Of a stretch of 64,000 nucleotides of DNA, positions 9,240-21,174 are shown in pieces. Below the pieces are notes generated by a model. The model was not told the DNA's origin. It searched no databases and saw only the letters and a program-made list of their open reading frames with translations. The stretch is from Nannocystales bacterium (GTDB lineage: Bacteria > Myxococcota_A > Polyangia > Nannocystales > Nannocystaceae), in NCBI GenBank assembly GCA_050633305.1, contig JBOEGF010000007.1:286428-350427 (forward strand), written 5' to 3'. Made by a program: the position numbers and the translations under genes. Numbering within the stretch: position 1 is the stretch's first letter; every line of letters begins with the position of its first letter.

Positions 9240-12200
9240 TCAGTACATTTGCAGCGCGCGCAGGAGCCAATAGGCATCCTCGTACCGCAGCGTGGCCACG
9301 GGGTCGGGACGGCCCTCACCCACAAAGCCGCGGTCGTGGGCCAACGTCAACAGCGCACCGTCGAGCTGACCGCACAGACGTGTAGCGAACAACAGCACGG
9401 CGCGCCGCAGCTCCACTTCGAGCCGTTCCACCCCTCCGGTGGCGGTGAGCCAGTGGGCGAGCTCTCGGGCCAACTGGGCACCTTCGCGCGGGGAGAGGGA
9501 TGCGCCTGCGGCGGTGAGCGCCTCCGCGACTTCCCTCGCAGGGCGACCCGTGGGGACGTGCGATGGGCTGGCCATACGTCCCAGCCCATCGAGCAGCTCC
9601 TCGAGACGGATGCCATGACCCTCTTCGAGGATGGCCAGGCCCGAGACGATCGAGGTGGCGGCGCGAGCCAACCGGAAGCGCAACTCGGCGACGGAACACA
9701 CTGTGACTCCGGCCCCCAGCAGAATGGTCGGAACGTCGCGGTTGGCGAGCCCAACGCCTCCCGGGAGACGAGCGCGGGTCCACGCGAGCGGGAACTCGCA
9801 ATCCAACGAGCGCCGCCACGGCTCGACGATCGACTCGGCGAGGGCCACTCGCGCTTTGGCTCCGGCGCTGGACGGCGATGCGGGAGTGTCTGGTGCGCGG
9901 GTAAAGCCGGAGAGCGCACGCCTGGCCGAAGAGAGCCCGCGTCGAAGGGTTCCCCCGGCTTCGAAGGGGCCGCTGGTCAAGGCGGTCAGGTCTTGCGGAG
10001 GCGCGGCCAGGGGCAGGCGCGCGACCAGGCTCGGCACCGGTCCGTCGGGGACCATGAACGCGGTGACCTGGTACAGGTTCCGGGCACGCTCGGCCTGTCC
10101 TGCGGCCTCGGCGAGCCGTGCGAGTCCAAGTGCGAGACCGGCTTGGAGCGGTTGCCCCGAGGACCAATGCGCGAGGTCCCGCGAGAGCGCGAGGCGTCCG
10201 CCGAGCAAGGAGCCGGCCGCCGCGAGCACAGCATCGAGGCGGGGAAGCGGACCGCGGGCGGCGACGTGGGTGAGGAGCTGGCGCAGCCCGGGGAACAGGT
10301 ACCGCTCTTGGGCCGCGGGGCCATGGCGGAAGCCGAGGTCGCGGGCCAGGGAGCGCTGGCCATGACGGTAGGCTTCGGTGAGCGCAGCCAGCAGGAGGAC
10401 CTCTTCGTCGGGGCCTGCCCGCTCGCGAATCTCGACCGCGAGGTCGAGGACTTCGTCCCACCGGGACTCCGCGAAGGCCAGGGGCAGCAGTCGGATGCTG
10501 GGACCGGGGAGTTGCGGGGCCGCCTCGGTTGCTCGCTGCAGCGCCTGCCGAGCTTGGCCGAGGGCCCGGGCTCGGTTGGACCGCTGGGCCGTCCCTTGTT
10601 CGATGAACGCTTGGGCGGCGTGCATGTATTGCTCCGCCTGCTCCAGTGGATCGGAGCTGAGAGAGGCGAGCTGCAGACGCGTGTCTCCCAGCGTGCCCCA
10701 GTCCTCGGTGTCCTCCACCAGCTCGGCGTAGAGTTCCAACATCTCGCGGTGGGCAGGGTCGAGCTTGAGCGCCTGGCTCAACACCGCGATACCTCGCTCG
10801 GGGCCGCCGAGGCTCTGCTCACACCGGGCCAGGTCCAGTGCAACGGTGACCATCTGTGGCGTGCGGCGCTCGAGCGAGGCCTCGAACAGCCGCCGAGTGA
10901 TCGCGACGCGGTCCGCAGGGGAGGCACCGTGGGCGAGGACGGCGTCGAGCTTCGTCAACGCGGTGAAGCGAACCTCATGGTCGTCGGTCCGAAGACAAAG
11001 GGGGCGCAGGATCGCGGTCGCGTCTTGGGTCCGGCCGAGGTCGGAGGCGACCTGCGACAAACCCAGATCGAACGCGGCCGTGCGCTGATCGGCGGGCACC
11101 GCCCGAAGAACCTCGTAGATGTCCTGGACCCGGGGGTCGTCGCCTGCGTGGGCGGTCAACTCTGCGAGCAGGCTCAGCCCGTCGAGGTTCGACGCCGCGA
11201 TGGCGACGCTGCGGCGCAGGGCGTCAATCGCTCGCCCTGGGTCGCGAAGTGCGGTCCACGAGAATCGAGCGGACTCCAGCAGCGCGCTGGCTTGGGCGTC
11301 CCCGGAGGTCTGCTCCGCCACGCGCTCGTACAGGTCGACGACCTCGGCATAGGCTCCGCGCTCGGCGTACGCGTCGCGCAGCGCGGCGGCTGCGGTGTGC
11401 AGGTCATCTTCGGAGCCGTCGAGGGCGTCGGCGAGTTCGCGCTGTTTTTCTCCCGCCCAGGTCTCCAGCTCTGGGTCACCCAGCGCGCGCCCCAGCTCTC
11501 GAAGCCGCGCCAAGATGTGGACGCGTTCGGTGGGTTGTTTCTCGACGTCGAGCAGCCGGAGCAGTCCAGACTTTTGCTTTCGTAGCGCGTGTTCCTCGTC
11601 ACCGTCGAGCGCATCCAGGTTGCGCTGTGCGGCTGCGGTGAGATCGTCGCTCGCCGCGGGGAGGTCGAGGACCCGTTGCGTCGCGGCCTCGGCCGCAACG
11701 ATGTCGTCGTCGGACATGCGCAGGTCCGCGGCGAGCAGCCACAGACGTGCCCGTGCGGCGTCGTCGAGCTCGCCCGGCTGACCGGCGATGCGCTCGAGGC
11801 GATCGGCGATCCGCCGCGGGTCCGGCAAGCGAGAGGTCAGCGCCGCCGCACGGGTCGAGACGACCAAGTCGTCGGGAGCTTGTGTGATCGCAGACTCGAT
11901 GTTGCGGACCGCTGAGTCCACATCGCCGAGGTGCTCGATGTACGTCTCCGCAAGGTCGAGGTGGTGTGCGGCGCGGGCTGGGCCGTCGGGCAACTCCCGA
12001 ATTGCCAGGTAGTGCATGTGCGCGACGACCGACCACTCCAGCCGCTGTCGTGCCAGCGCCATCAAGGCCTGGCGTGCGGCGACGTGTTTGGCGTCCGCGC
12101 CCACAGCCTCCAGCAGGTAGGCGCGAGCACGCTCGGCTTCCGCGCTGTATGGGTCGAGCTCGGTGGCGGGCATGAGCAGTGCCGCACGGCGATAGGCGAC

Positions 12201-15200
12201 TTCGGCCCCGAGCATGCTGGACAACGGGAGCTGGGAGAGATTCTCCAGCACGATGGCTTGCTCGGTGGTGCGCCCCGAGCGTTCATAGAGGCGGGCGAGT
12301 TCGAGCAGCGCGCGTTGGGATTCGGGGGCTCGCTGAAGGGCGTCCTTGAGGACCTCCTCCGCCTCGTCGCCGCGGTCGAGTTCGAGCAGGACGCGTGCGG
12401 CCACGGCGGCGGTTTCGGCTGCACGAGGACCGTCGAAGTCTTGGTGGGAGGCCGCCGTGACCAGTGCGGGCACGGCTTCTTCCAGCCGACCTTGGCGAGC
12501 CATCAACCGGCCGAGGGCTTCGGAGGCGGTGGCGCTGTTCGGGGCCAGCTCGAGCGCATCTCGGTAGTGCGACTCCGCTTCGCTCTCGTACTCCTCGTGA
12601 ACCGAGAGGAGGTCTCCGAGCAGGGTGAGCAGGGAAGGGCGGTGCTCGTCCGGGATCGTGGCCAGACGGTCCAAGAGCTCGGTCCGAACTCGGGTGAGCG
12701 CGTCGGTTCCCGAGAGCAGGACCTTCGCTTTGACACCCGATTCCTGGTGCACCGATGGAGAGGCCAGGTAGGCGTCGAGGTAGTAGCGGGCAGCCTGGTG
12801 GGGCCGTCCGAGGGTCTCGAGCAGTTGGGCGATGTGGATGGCGACTGCGGCCTGCCGCATCGGGTCGTTCGACAGCGCGCCGAACCGAACTTTGAGAATC
12901 CGGACCAGGTCCTCGTGCTGACCGGCGCGTTGATACGCGCGGGCGAGCGTAGCGAGCCCTTCATCGGGAAGACGCCCGTAGTCCTCGAGCCGCTCGTAGA
13001 TTCGAGATGCTTTGGTCTCGTCGTCGAGGGGTCCTCGGTAGATGCGCGCGAGCTCCACGAGGAGGTCGACACGGCTGGAGACCAGCGCCTCGGGAGAGAC
13101 GCCCTCGATCTCGGCGGCGAGCGAGCGTTCGAGGTAGATCGCGAGATCGACGTAGCGACCTTGGCCCTCCAGGTCCCGTACGAGCTCGGCTCGCATCTGC
13201 TCGCGTACGTCCCCTGCCTCTGGCGATTCATCGTCGCCGAGGTGCTCCAGGGCGATGCGGAGGGCTTGCTCGGAGCGCTGGAGGTCCCGTAGCTCGTGCC
13301 GACAGATCCTTGCGATCGAACGCAATAGGGCACAGCGTTCAACCCCGTACACGTGCGCGACCTGCCGCTCGTGCAGTTCAACAAGCTCCCGCCAATCGCC
13401 CTGCGACGCGAGCAGCTCGGCCATCGCCTCTTGGGCCGTCGGGCGACGCGGGTCTTCGCGCAACACCGCGCCGAGTTCGCGGATCGCCTCTCGTGGTCGC
13501 TCGAGCGGCCCGGCGAGCAATCGGGCCCGCTCTTCGATGGCATCGAGTCTGGCCTCTCCGCGCTGTCGTTGGGCCACCTGCTCCAACAGCGCCGCACGGT
13601 GAGCAGGGTCTTCGGCGAGTGTCCGCAGCTCGTCCAGTCGGTTGCGTGTATTGGCGTGCTCGGGGTCTCGCTCGTGGGCCCGCTCGACCAACGGCAGCGC
13701 CGACTCGTGATCTCCGCGGGCGAGTGCAGCGTCGGCGGCTCGGTGGGCGAGCGTCACGAAACCGGCGTTGCCCATTCCGACGTGGTCCAGGACGCGGTGG
13801 GTGTACTCGAGGATCGGGCCCAACGCCCGCTGCTCGAAGACGTGCTCGAGCAGCGGAAGAAGCAGATCCGGATCGTTGGGCGCGTACTCGATGGCGCGTT
13901 CGAGGTATCGGAGCGCACGAAGCTGGTCGCCAACCTCGTCCGCCGCAACATGGGCGAGCTGTTTGAGCGCGGACACGCGGGCCCCGTCGTCATCGGCATG
14001 CGCGACAGCGAGCTCGAGAACCTCGAGTTGCTCCGCGACGTGGCCGCGGTCCGCCAACGCCTCGGCGAGCGCAGCGAGGATGTCTGAGTCGTCCTTGTTG
14101 GCGCGCGCGTGACTCTGCAAGAGCGCGGCAGCGTCGGCACGGCCAAGCTGGGAGGCGAACCCAATGTAGAGGTCAACCGGCGCGTGTCCGTGCTCCTCGA
14201 TCCGAGGGACGAGCGACTCCATTCGCGTACGCGCGGCGTCCGTATCTCCTGCGTGGCGTTCACAGAGCAGACCGTGGAGCCGCGTTGTGCGGGGGAAGGC
14301 GATCAACCCGCGCTCGAGCTCTTCGTCGATCGCATCGAGGTCCTCGCCGCCGCCGTGGGTGAGGCGAATGTCCAGAAGGTCAGAGAGCCCCTGGGAGTCG
14401 TCGTCGACGAACGCCTGCTCCACCGCGGTGTGCCACGCGTCGCGAACACGGAGGTCCTGGGCCGCGATGTCGTGCGCACGGCGGACGGCTCGCCGAAGGA
14501 CAGCGCCGTCGCCGGTTTGCACGGCCAGCGCCAACGCTCGAAGCGTGAGTGCCGTGGCTGGCTCGCGCGGGACTCCCTGCGCAAGACCCAGCAGGTGTTC
14601 GCTCATGGCCGCTTCGTCGGCCCCGAGCAACCGACGGAGCCTCTCGAGCAATCCGGCGTCGCTGGGAGCCTCGCGAAGCCCGTCGCCGACTCGGCGGAGC
14701 TCGTCGTCTTCACGGCCAAGCTCATGGACCGCCCAGTCGCGGAGGTCGAGCAGGTCGGGGCGGTCGGCGATCTCGTCCCGAAGAAGGTCGAGCGCTTCGA
14801 GGGCGGCGGTGGCGTTACCGGCGTTGAGAGCGAGTGAGGCCCGCTCGGTCAACAGAGAGTCTTGCCGCTCTCCTGGCGTCAGGTTTGCGATAGCCCGATC
14901 CAAGGCGGCTGCGTATCGCCCCGGCGCACCTGCTTGATTGGTGACCTCGCGCAGGGAGGACAAGAGAAGCTCGTCGGTGGGCTCCCGAAGCAGCGCATCT
15001 TCGAGACACCGCATTGCGTCGTCCGGACGGCCGGCTTCGGCCAGCAGATGTGCCTCGGCGCGATACTCCGAAGCGGGCTGCGACCCTCCGAGCAGGGTGC
15101 GTACGCGGGCTCGCGCCAACAACTGTTGGTCCTGCGAAGCCTGGGGTTCCCGGGCGATTTCCATCCACGCCTCGGCGAGCTCCGCGTGGCGAGCACTGTC

Positions 15201-17996
15201 CCGAGCGACATGGCCGCTGGCACGTTCCAGCCAACGGACGCTCACGTCGAGTTCGCTGCGTCCGCGATGCAGTCTGGAGAGCTCGAGCATGAGGTCCCCG
15301 CGCGCTGCGTTGTTGGGCGTGTGCGCGAGCTGGCTCTCGCGTGCACGGAGCTCCAGTTCGGTGTTCTTGCTGGCACCAGCGGCCTCGGCGAGCCTCGCCC
15401 ACCCTTGCGAGTTCTCCGGATCCGCCGCGGTCGCGCGCTGCAGAGTTTCGGCGGCCGTAGCCTCATGGCCGTGCGCGAGTTGATGGGACCCTAGCGCTCG
15501 CGCCGCGGCACCTGCACGGGGGTCGTTCGGAGCGAACAACGCCAGGGCCTGCTCCCAGTGGTGTGCCGCGCTGGCATCGTTCCCCGCGGCCTTGGCCGTG
15601 TCCGCCGCAACGAGCTGCGCGGTTGCATCGGCCGGGTCGAGTTGAAGCCGGAGCGCGAACAGCCGCGCGCACTCGGGGTCTTCGGTGGCGACGGTTCGGG
15701 CATCACGTTGGTCGGACAAGATACGAGCGAGGAGTCGGTCGACGGCCTCGAGTCGGATCGCACCCGAGAGCGAGTTGTCATCCGCGCGTCCCCGCCACAG
15801 CTCGCTGAGGTCCGCGTCTTGTCCGGCCCGGTCCAGCAGGCTGACCAAGCGCTCCGCCAAGGCTGTGTCGTTCGGCGCCGCACGCAATGCCGCATCGAGA
15901 AGGATTGCCGCCGCAACGCCGTCGGTCCGGGCGGCCGCGCGGGTGAGCCAGTCCGCCTGTGGGCGGCCCGTGGTCTGTGCGGCCGCCTCCTTGGCGAGGG
16001 CGAGCGCCTCCTCGCTGGCACCAGCGTGGCTGAGTGCGTCGTACAAGGCGACGGTCGCCGCGTCCGGGGACTTGTTTCGGAGCCAGCGACGGTGGAGCGC
16101 ACGAATCGACGACTCGAGATCCACCCGAGTCCGCAGCCGACGGACCCAACCCTCCACCTCGGCCCCCGGTGCGACTTCGACGGCGAGCGCGAAGCCCCGA
16201 CGTTGGTCATCTCGCGGGAGCTTTCCCAGGGCCGGCCACAACACCTCCCAGATCTCGGTGGATTCCTCGTCGAGGTCGTCGAGCAGGACGGCCTCTTCGA
16301 GTCGAGCCTGGGCACGTTCAGCGGATGGAGGCAGGGCCGCCCGCAGGGCACGATAGGCCACGAGTGCGGCGTCGACGTTCCCACGGCTGCGATAGAGCAT
16401 CGCAGCGTCGCGGAGCAGTTCGGGGTCGTTGGGGGAGTCCTCGAGCGCGGCCGAGACGTAGATGACCGCATCCGCGTGCCGAAGCTGAACCGAGAGCTTC
16501 GCGAGGAGGCGGCGGAACTCTGGGGTGTCGACGCTGCCAGGTGCCTCTTCGAGAAGCTTGCGCGCGTGTTCGAACGAGGCGGGCGCATCCTTGGCGGCGT
16601 ACGCTGCTCGTTGCGCAACCTGCAGCAGATCGACGTCGGTGGGGGCGTGGACCAGGGCCTCCGTCGCGGCATCGAGCGCGACACGGGGATAGCCGGCGCG
16701 GAGCAGGGCATCGGCAACTTCGGCGACCCGTCCAGCGTCGCTGTTGTCGCCTCGTCGGGCGTCCTGCAGAAACGCTCTCGCGACGTTGGGTTCGTCGACA
16801 TGGGCGAGCGCCCGGAACCACGCGATGTCGTGGCGGTGCGTGGTGAGCTCTGGATGTGTCCCGACCCCTGCGTGAAGCGACTCGAGCTCGACCCGTGCGG
16901 CTTCTCGGTCTCCGCTGCGCCGAAGCATGATCGCCGCGTGGGCCAAGCGAGCCCGCGGGGTGTCGCGCTGCTGGAGGTCGTCGAGGACAGGGAGGAGGTC
17001 GCCGGTCCGGGAGCGGAGTTCGAACCTCAACCGTTCGGCCAACTTCGAGGACGGGTCGGCGAGCAGCCACTGCCCGAGTGCGGCATCGACGGCGCCGGCC
17101 AACGCGTCGTCGCGGAGCGCCGGGCGGAGCCCAAGCCGCGCGACCCACTGCCACGCCGCGGCTGCGGCCTCTTCACTGAAGCCAACCCGTCGTGCCACGG
17201 CCGCGGCACGCTCAACGGCGGCCGCGTTTCGGCGATCTGCGAGGTCTGCGTAGACAGCCGCGATCTCCTCGGAAATCCCTCGGGCCTCCTCGAGGTTGCC
17301 GCGGACCAACGCCGGCGCTGCAGCGGAGCGCTCGCTGAACCCCAGCCGGATCTGCTGAGCGCCAAACTCCGCGCTGTGCAGTGCCAGGCGTTCGAGGCGG
17401 GGTGCTTTCCACCCACTGGCGACCAAGGCCCGCGCGAGCGTCTCTCGTACGGGGTCGAGCGACCCGGTGTCTTGCCGGAAGAGTCTGCGAAGAATTGCGG
17501 CCCAGATCGCTCCGGTGTCGGTCGCCGTGGCTGCGAACCACCACGACGCGGCCGGTTGCAGTTGGATGTAACGCTGTTCGACAGCAGGTTGCACCGCGAT
17601 TCGGAGCCAGGCCGATGGCGAGCTTGGGGTCCGGCCGACGAGCGTCAACGCGGGTCCGCGAACCCCCGGACCCACCGAGGCGTCGAGTCGCAGTGTTGCG
17701 CGGCTGACCGTGAAGTCCCCGAGCGTGAGTCCTTGCAGTGTCGTGGCGACCCACCGCTCGATCGGTCCGGTGTCGGCCTCGAGTTCCAGCGCAATCGCGT
17801 CGCTTCTTCGATTCCGAAGCGCCGCCGGAGAGGCCGGCGCACGCATCGGGAACTCGATGCCGTGCACCTCGGCCTCGTATCCGCGAACGCGGAGTCCTTC
17901 ACGGAGCGTGCGCTGCTCGAGGCAGAGCAGCGCTTTTCGATCGCGGCAAAGCAGGGCGACGCCCAACACATTGCCGACCGCTGGGCCTTGCGCCAT
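9240..17996 (-). CDS. Giant (2918 aa) tetratricopeptide repeat protein
   Basis: Uninterrupted 8.7 kb Ala/Leu/Glu/Arg-rich ORF with many TPR-type motifs (ALRYLERAIEYAPNDPD, YRDALELAPNSATASEALG, LKDALQRAPESQRALLELARLYE). Confidence 0.85.
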   Translation of the reverse strand: MAQGPAVGNVLGVALLCRDRKALLCLEQRTLREGLRVRGYEAEVHGIEFPMRAPASPAALRNRRSDAIALELEADTGPIERWVATTLQGLTLGDFTVSRATLRLDASVGPGVRGPALTLVGRTPSSPSAWLRIAVQPAVEQRYIQLQPAASWWFAATATDTGAIWAAILRRLFRQDTGSLDPVRETLARALVASGWKAPRLERLALHSAEFGAQQIRLGFSERSAAAPALVRGNLEEARGISEEIAAVYADLADRRNAAAVERAAAVARRVGFSEEAAAAAWQWVARLGLRPALRDDALAGAVDAALGQWLLADPSSKLAERLRFELRSRTGDLLPVLDDLQQRDTPRARLAHAAIMLRRSGDREAARVELESLHAGVGTHPELTTHRHDIAWFRALAHVDEPNVARAFLQDARRGDNSDAGRVAEVADALLRAGYPRVALDAATEALVHAPTDVDLLQVAQRAAYAAKDAPASFEHARKLLEEAPGSVDTPEFRRLLAKLSVQLRHADAVIYVSAALEDSPNDPELLRDAAMLYRSRGNVDAALVAYRALRAALPPSAERAQARLEEAVLLDDLDEESTEIWEVLWPALGKLPRDDQRRGFALAVEVAPGAEVEGWVRRLRTRVDLESSIRALHRRWLRNKSPDAATVALYDALSHAGASEEALALAKEAAAQTTGRPQADWLTRAAARTDGVAAAILLDAALRAAPNDTALAERLVSLLDRAGQDADLSELWRGRADDNSLSGAIRLEAVDRLLARILSDQRDARTVATEDPECARLFALRLQLDPADATAQLVAADTAKAAGNDASAAHHWEQALALFAPNDPRAGAAARALGSHQLAHGHEATAAETLQRATAADPENSQGWARLAEAAGASKNTELELRARESQLAHTPNNAARGDLMLELSRLHRGRSELDVSVRWLERASGHVARDSARHAELAEAWMEIAREPQASQDQQLLARARVRTLLGGSQPASEYRAEAHLLAEAGRPDDAMRCLEDALLREPTDELLLSSLREVTNQAGAPGRYAAALDRAIANLTPGERQDSLLTERASLALNAGNATAALEALDLLRDEIADRPDLLDLRDWAVHELGREDDELRRVGDGLREAPSDAGLLERLRRLLGADEAAMSEHLLGLAQGVPREPATALTLRALALAVQTGDGAVLRRAVRRAHDIAAQDLRVRDAWHTAVEQAFVDDDSQGLSDLLDIRLTHGGGEDLDAIDEELERGLIAFPRTTRLHGLLCERHAGDTDAARTRMESLVPRIEEHGHAPVDLYIGFASQLGRADAAALLQSHARANKDDSDILAALAEALADRGHVAEQLEVLELAVAHADDDGARVSALKQLAHVAADEVGDQLRALRYLERAIEYAPNDPDLLLPLLEHVFEQRALGPILEYTHRVLDHVGMGNAGFVTLAHRAADAALARGDHESALPLVERAHERDPEHANTRNRLDELRTLAEDPAHRAALLEQVAQRQRGEARLDAIEERARLLAGPLERPREAIRELGAVLREDPRRPTAQEAMAELLASQGDWRELVELHERQVAHVYGVERCALLRSIARICRHELRDLQRSEQALRIALEHLGDDESPEAGDVREQMRAELVRDLEGQGRYVDLAIYLERSLAAEIEGVSPEALVSSRVDLLVELARIYRGPLDDETKASRIYERLEDYGRLPDEGLATLARAYQRAGQHEDLVRILKVRFGALSNDPMRQAAVAIHIAQLLETLGRPHQAARYYLDAYLASPSVHQESGVKAKVLLSGTDALTRVRTELLDRLATIPDEHRPSLLTLLGDLLSVHEEYESEAESHYRDALELAPNSATASEALGRLMARQGRLEEAVPALVTAASHQDFDGPRAAETAAVAARVLLELDRGDEAEEVLKDALQRAPESQRALLELARLYERSGRTTEQAIVLENLSQLPLSSMLGAEVAYRRAALLMPATELDPYSAEAERARAYLLEAVGADAKHVAARQALMALARQRLEWSVVAHMHYLAIRELPDGPARAAHHLDLAETYIEHLGDVDSAVRNIESAITQAPDDLVVSTRAAALTSRLPDPRRIADRLERIAGQPGELDDAARARLWLLAADLRMSDDDIVAAEAATQRVLDLPAASDDLTAAAQRNLDALDGDEEHALRKQKSGLLRLLDVEKQPTERVHILARLRELGRALGDPELETWAGEKQRELADALDGSEDDLHTAAAALRDAYAERGAYAEVVDLYERVAEQTSGDAQASALLESARFSWTALRDPGRAIDALRRSVAIAASNLDGLSLLAELTAHAGDDPRVQDIYEVLRAVPADQRTAAFDLGLSQVASDLGRTQDATAILRPLCLRTDDHEVRFTALTKLDAVLAHGASPADRVAITRRLFEASLERRTPQMVTVALDLARCEQSLGGPERGIAVLSQALKLDPAHREMLELYAELVEDTEDWGTLGDTRLQLASLSSDPLEQAEQYMHAAQAFIEQGTAQRSNRARALGQARQALQRATEAAPQLPGPSIRLLPLAFAESRWDEVLDLAVEIRERAGPDEEVLLLAALTEAYRHGQRSLARDLGFRHGPAAQERYLFPGLRQLLTHVAARGPLPRLDAVLAAAGSLLGGRLALSRDLAHWSSGQPLQAGLALGLARLAEAAGQAERARNLYQVTAFMVPDGPVPSLVARLPLAAPPQDLTALTSGPFEAGGTLRRGLSSARRALSGFTRAPDTPASPSSAGAKARVALAESIVEPWRRSLDCEFPLAWTRARLPGGVGLANRDVPTILLGAGVTVCSVAELRFRLARAATSIVSGLAILEEGHGIRLEELLDGLGRMASPSHVPTGRPAREVAEALTAAGASLSPREGAQLARELAHWLTATGGVERLEVELRRAVLLFATRLCGQLDGALLTLAHDRGFVGEGRPDPVATLRYEDAYWLLRALQMY

Positions 17997-18058
17997 CAGG
18001 TGTGATTACAGCGCACCGCGGCCGCGGCGTGAAGGGTTCTGTAGCCCCCGGCTGTCGC

Positions 18059-19807
18059 CTACCGGCCGCCGAACATTCCCGCGCGGAGCAGACCGCCCTG
18101 GTTGCCCACCCGATCGCACACCGAGTACGGCTTGAAGCCTTCTGGCTCTTCACCCTCTTTGGTCTCGATATCGTACGTCACGAGGCGCTGGACCTTGTCT
18201 TCGCTGACGGTGACCCCGCCCTTACCCTTGGCCTCCAGACACAGTCGCTCCGCCCAGTTGGCGGTGATCTGCATGCCCTTGCGCATCCAGGCGGTCGTGT
18301 AGAGCTGCTCACGGGCTTCGGCAAACCCTTCGTCCGTGGCGCCTTCTTTGGCTTTGAGCCCCGCGATGATCAGCGCGCCTTGCGTCTCGTAGACCGCATC
18401 GAGGATGGCGGTCTCGGTGTCGGATGCCCAGGCGGCATCGACGAGGTCGGGCATCAGGCCCAGGTTTGGAATCGGTGCGCTCTTGCTAAAGAGACCGGTC
18501 TCGCGCAGCTCCGCCTTGGGGCGGGCGGGTTTGGCTTCGGCCGGGGTCGAGTCGCCTTCTTCACCGTCGATCGCGGCGTCTTCGAGCCCCGGAACTGCGC
18601 CGGGCGCTGCGAACACATCGTCGATGGACGCGCCGCCGAGCACGGCATCGCGGTCTTCCTCGGCGGCCGCCTTGGCGAGGGCCTTGCCCTTGCTTTGCGC
18701 GATCGCTTCCGCGGCGAGCTCGCGCAACGCGTCTTCCTCGGGGACGTCGCCTTCGCGCTTGCCCTCGACCCGGACGATGAAGAAGTCGTTGTCTCCTTCG
18801 ATGATCTCCGAGAGTGCATCGACTTCGAGGGTGCGAAGCGCCTTATCAAGTGCGGGGTCGAGCCCGGTACCGACCTTGACGCCCGTCCAGCCGAAGTCGC
18901 CGCCTTTTCGACCGGTTCCCTCGTCGTCGGAGACGTCGCGAGCGACCTCGCGGAAGGTGGCACCTGCCTCAATGCGGGTCCGTGCATCGTCGGCCTTCGT
19001 GCGTGCCGCGGTCGTCAGGGCTTCGCTGGCTTCGGCCGCGGGCTTGTCGATGGCGATGACGCTGACGCGGATCTGCTCGGGAAGCTTGGTGAACCGGGAG
19101 CCCTGGGTTCCGAGGGTTTTCTTCAGCTCGTCGCTGTGCTCCTCCATCCAAGCCTCGACATCCTCCTCGCTCGGGTCGACGAGGTCCGCGTAGGGACCGA
19201 TCTCGTACCTGGCGTACTGCAGGGAGAGCTTGTTCGCGCTGGCTTCGTACTGCTCGCGAAGTACGGGCTCGGGGATGACCACGGAGCTGCGAACGAGGTC
19301 GCGGACCGAGCGCGCGAGAACCTCGCGTGACTGCAGTTCGAGGAACCGGTTCTCGGGGAGCTGGTAGTTGGCCAGCAGGTTCTTGAACATCTTGTAGTTG
19401 AACTGGTCGAGGTCGCCCAGCCAGCTGACGCTCATCCCGAGGATGATCATGTGTCCGTGTGCGACGAGGTCCTCGGCGTCGTGGGCCGTGGCCGCCAACC
19501 CCATTTCTTCACCAGCGTGTGCCAGGAGCTCACGCTCGATGAGAGATTCGAGCACCTCTTCCTTGACCCCGAACATCTGCTGCATGCGCGCATCTTTGGG
19601 GATGCGGACGACGCCACCCATCAGGCTGTACTGGGCCCGGTAGTCGTCGTCGTTGATCGTGGCGCCGTGCACCTCGACGATCGGCTTGTTGCCGAACGAC
19701 AAGCTGTCGGAGGGCAGACCAAACGAAAGGCCGAAGGCTGCCGCGAGAGCGAGGAGGATGAGCCACGCCCAAAAGCTCGTCGAAGACTGACGCAGGAAGT
19801 CGAGCAT
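18059..19807 (-). CDS. ppiD: PpiD-like periplasmic chaperone (SurA N-terminal domain plus parvulin-type PPIase)
   Basis: MLDFLRQ start followed by an N-terminal TM; SurA_N motif VLESLIERELL; rotamase motif FREVARDVSDDEGTGRKGGDFGW. Divergent from mreB. Confidence 0.8.
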   Translation of the reverse strand: MLDFLRQSSTSFWAWLILLALAAAFGLSFGLPSDSLSFGNKPIVEVHGATINDDDYRAQYSLMGGVVRIPKDARMQQMFGVKEEVLESLIERELLAHAGEEMGLAATAHDAEDLVAHGHMIILGMSVSWLGDLDQFNYKMFKNLLANYQLPENRFLELQSREVLARSVRDLVRSSVVIPEPVLREQYEASANKLSLQYARYEIGPYADLVDPSEEDVEAWMEEHSDELKKTLGTQGSRFTKLPEQIRVSVIAIDKPAAEASEALTTAARTKADDARTRIEAGATFREVARDVSDDEGTGRKGGDFGWTGVKVGTGLDPALDKALRTLEVDALSEIIEGDNDFFIVRVEGKREGDVPEEDALRELAAEAIAQSKGKALAKAAAEEDRDAVLGGASIDDVFAAPGAVPGLEDAAIDGEEGDSTPAEAKPARPKAELRETGLFSKSAPIPNLGLMPDLVDAAWASDTETAILDAVYETQGALIIAGLKAKEGATDEGFAEAREQLYTTAWMRKGMQITANWAERLCLEAKGKGGVTVSEDKVQRLVTYDIETKEGEEPEGFKPYSVCDRVGNQGGLLRAGMFGGR

Positions 19808-20097
19808 CGGTGCGGCGGAACTAGCAGGTCGGGCCGTCCACGGGCAACCGCGGAAGTGTGGTCTGCGCGTGAACCCCGCTGGAAATAGCTTCCGCCGTTC
19901 GGGCGTTCCCCATCGCCTCGGCGTTTCGCTGCCCACGATGTGGGGTCTCCTCCGATGATGTGCGACATGGATTCGCTTGCCCCTCCGCCCTGGCGCGTGT
20001 AATTGAGGGCTCCTCACGGGATTCCGGCTGTGTTTCTCACAGCTCCCGCCTCCACCTTCGTCCCCACCATCACCGGCTAGCGCACTGCGCGCGGTGA

Positions 20098-21174
<1,077 letters not shown>

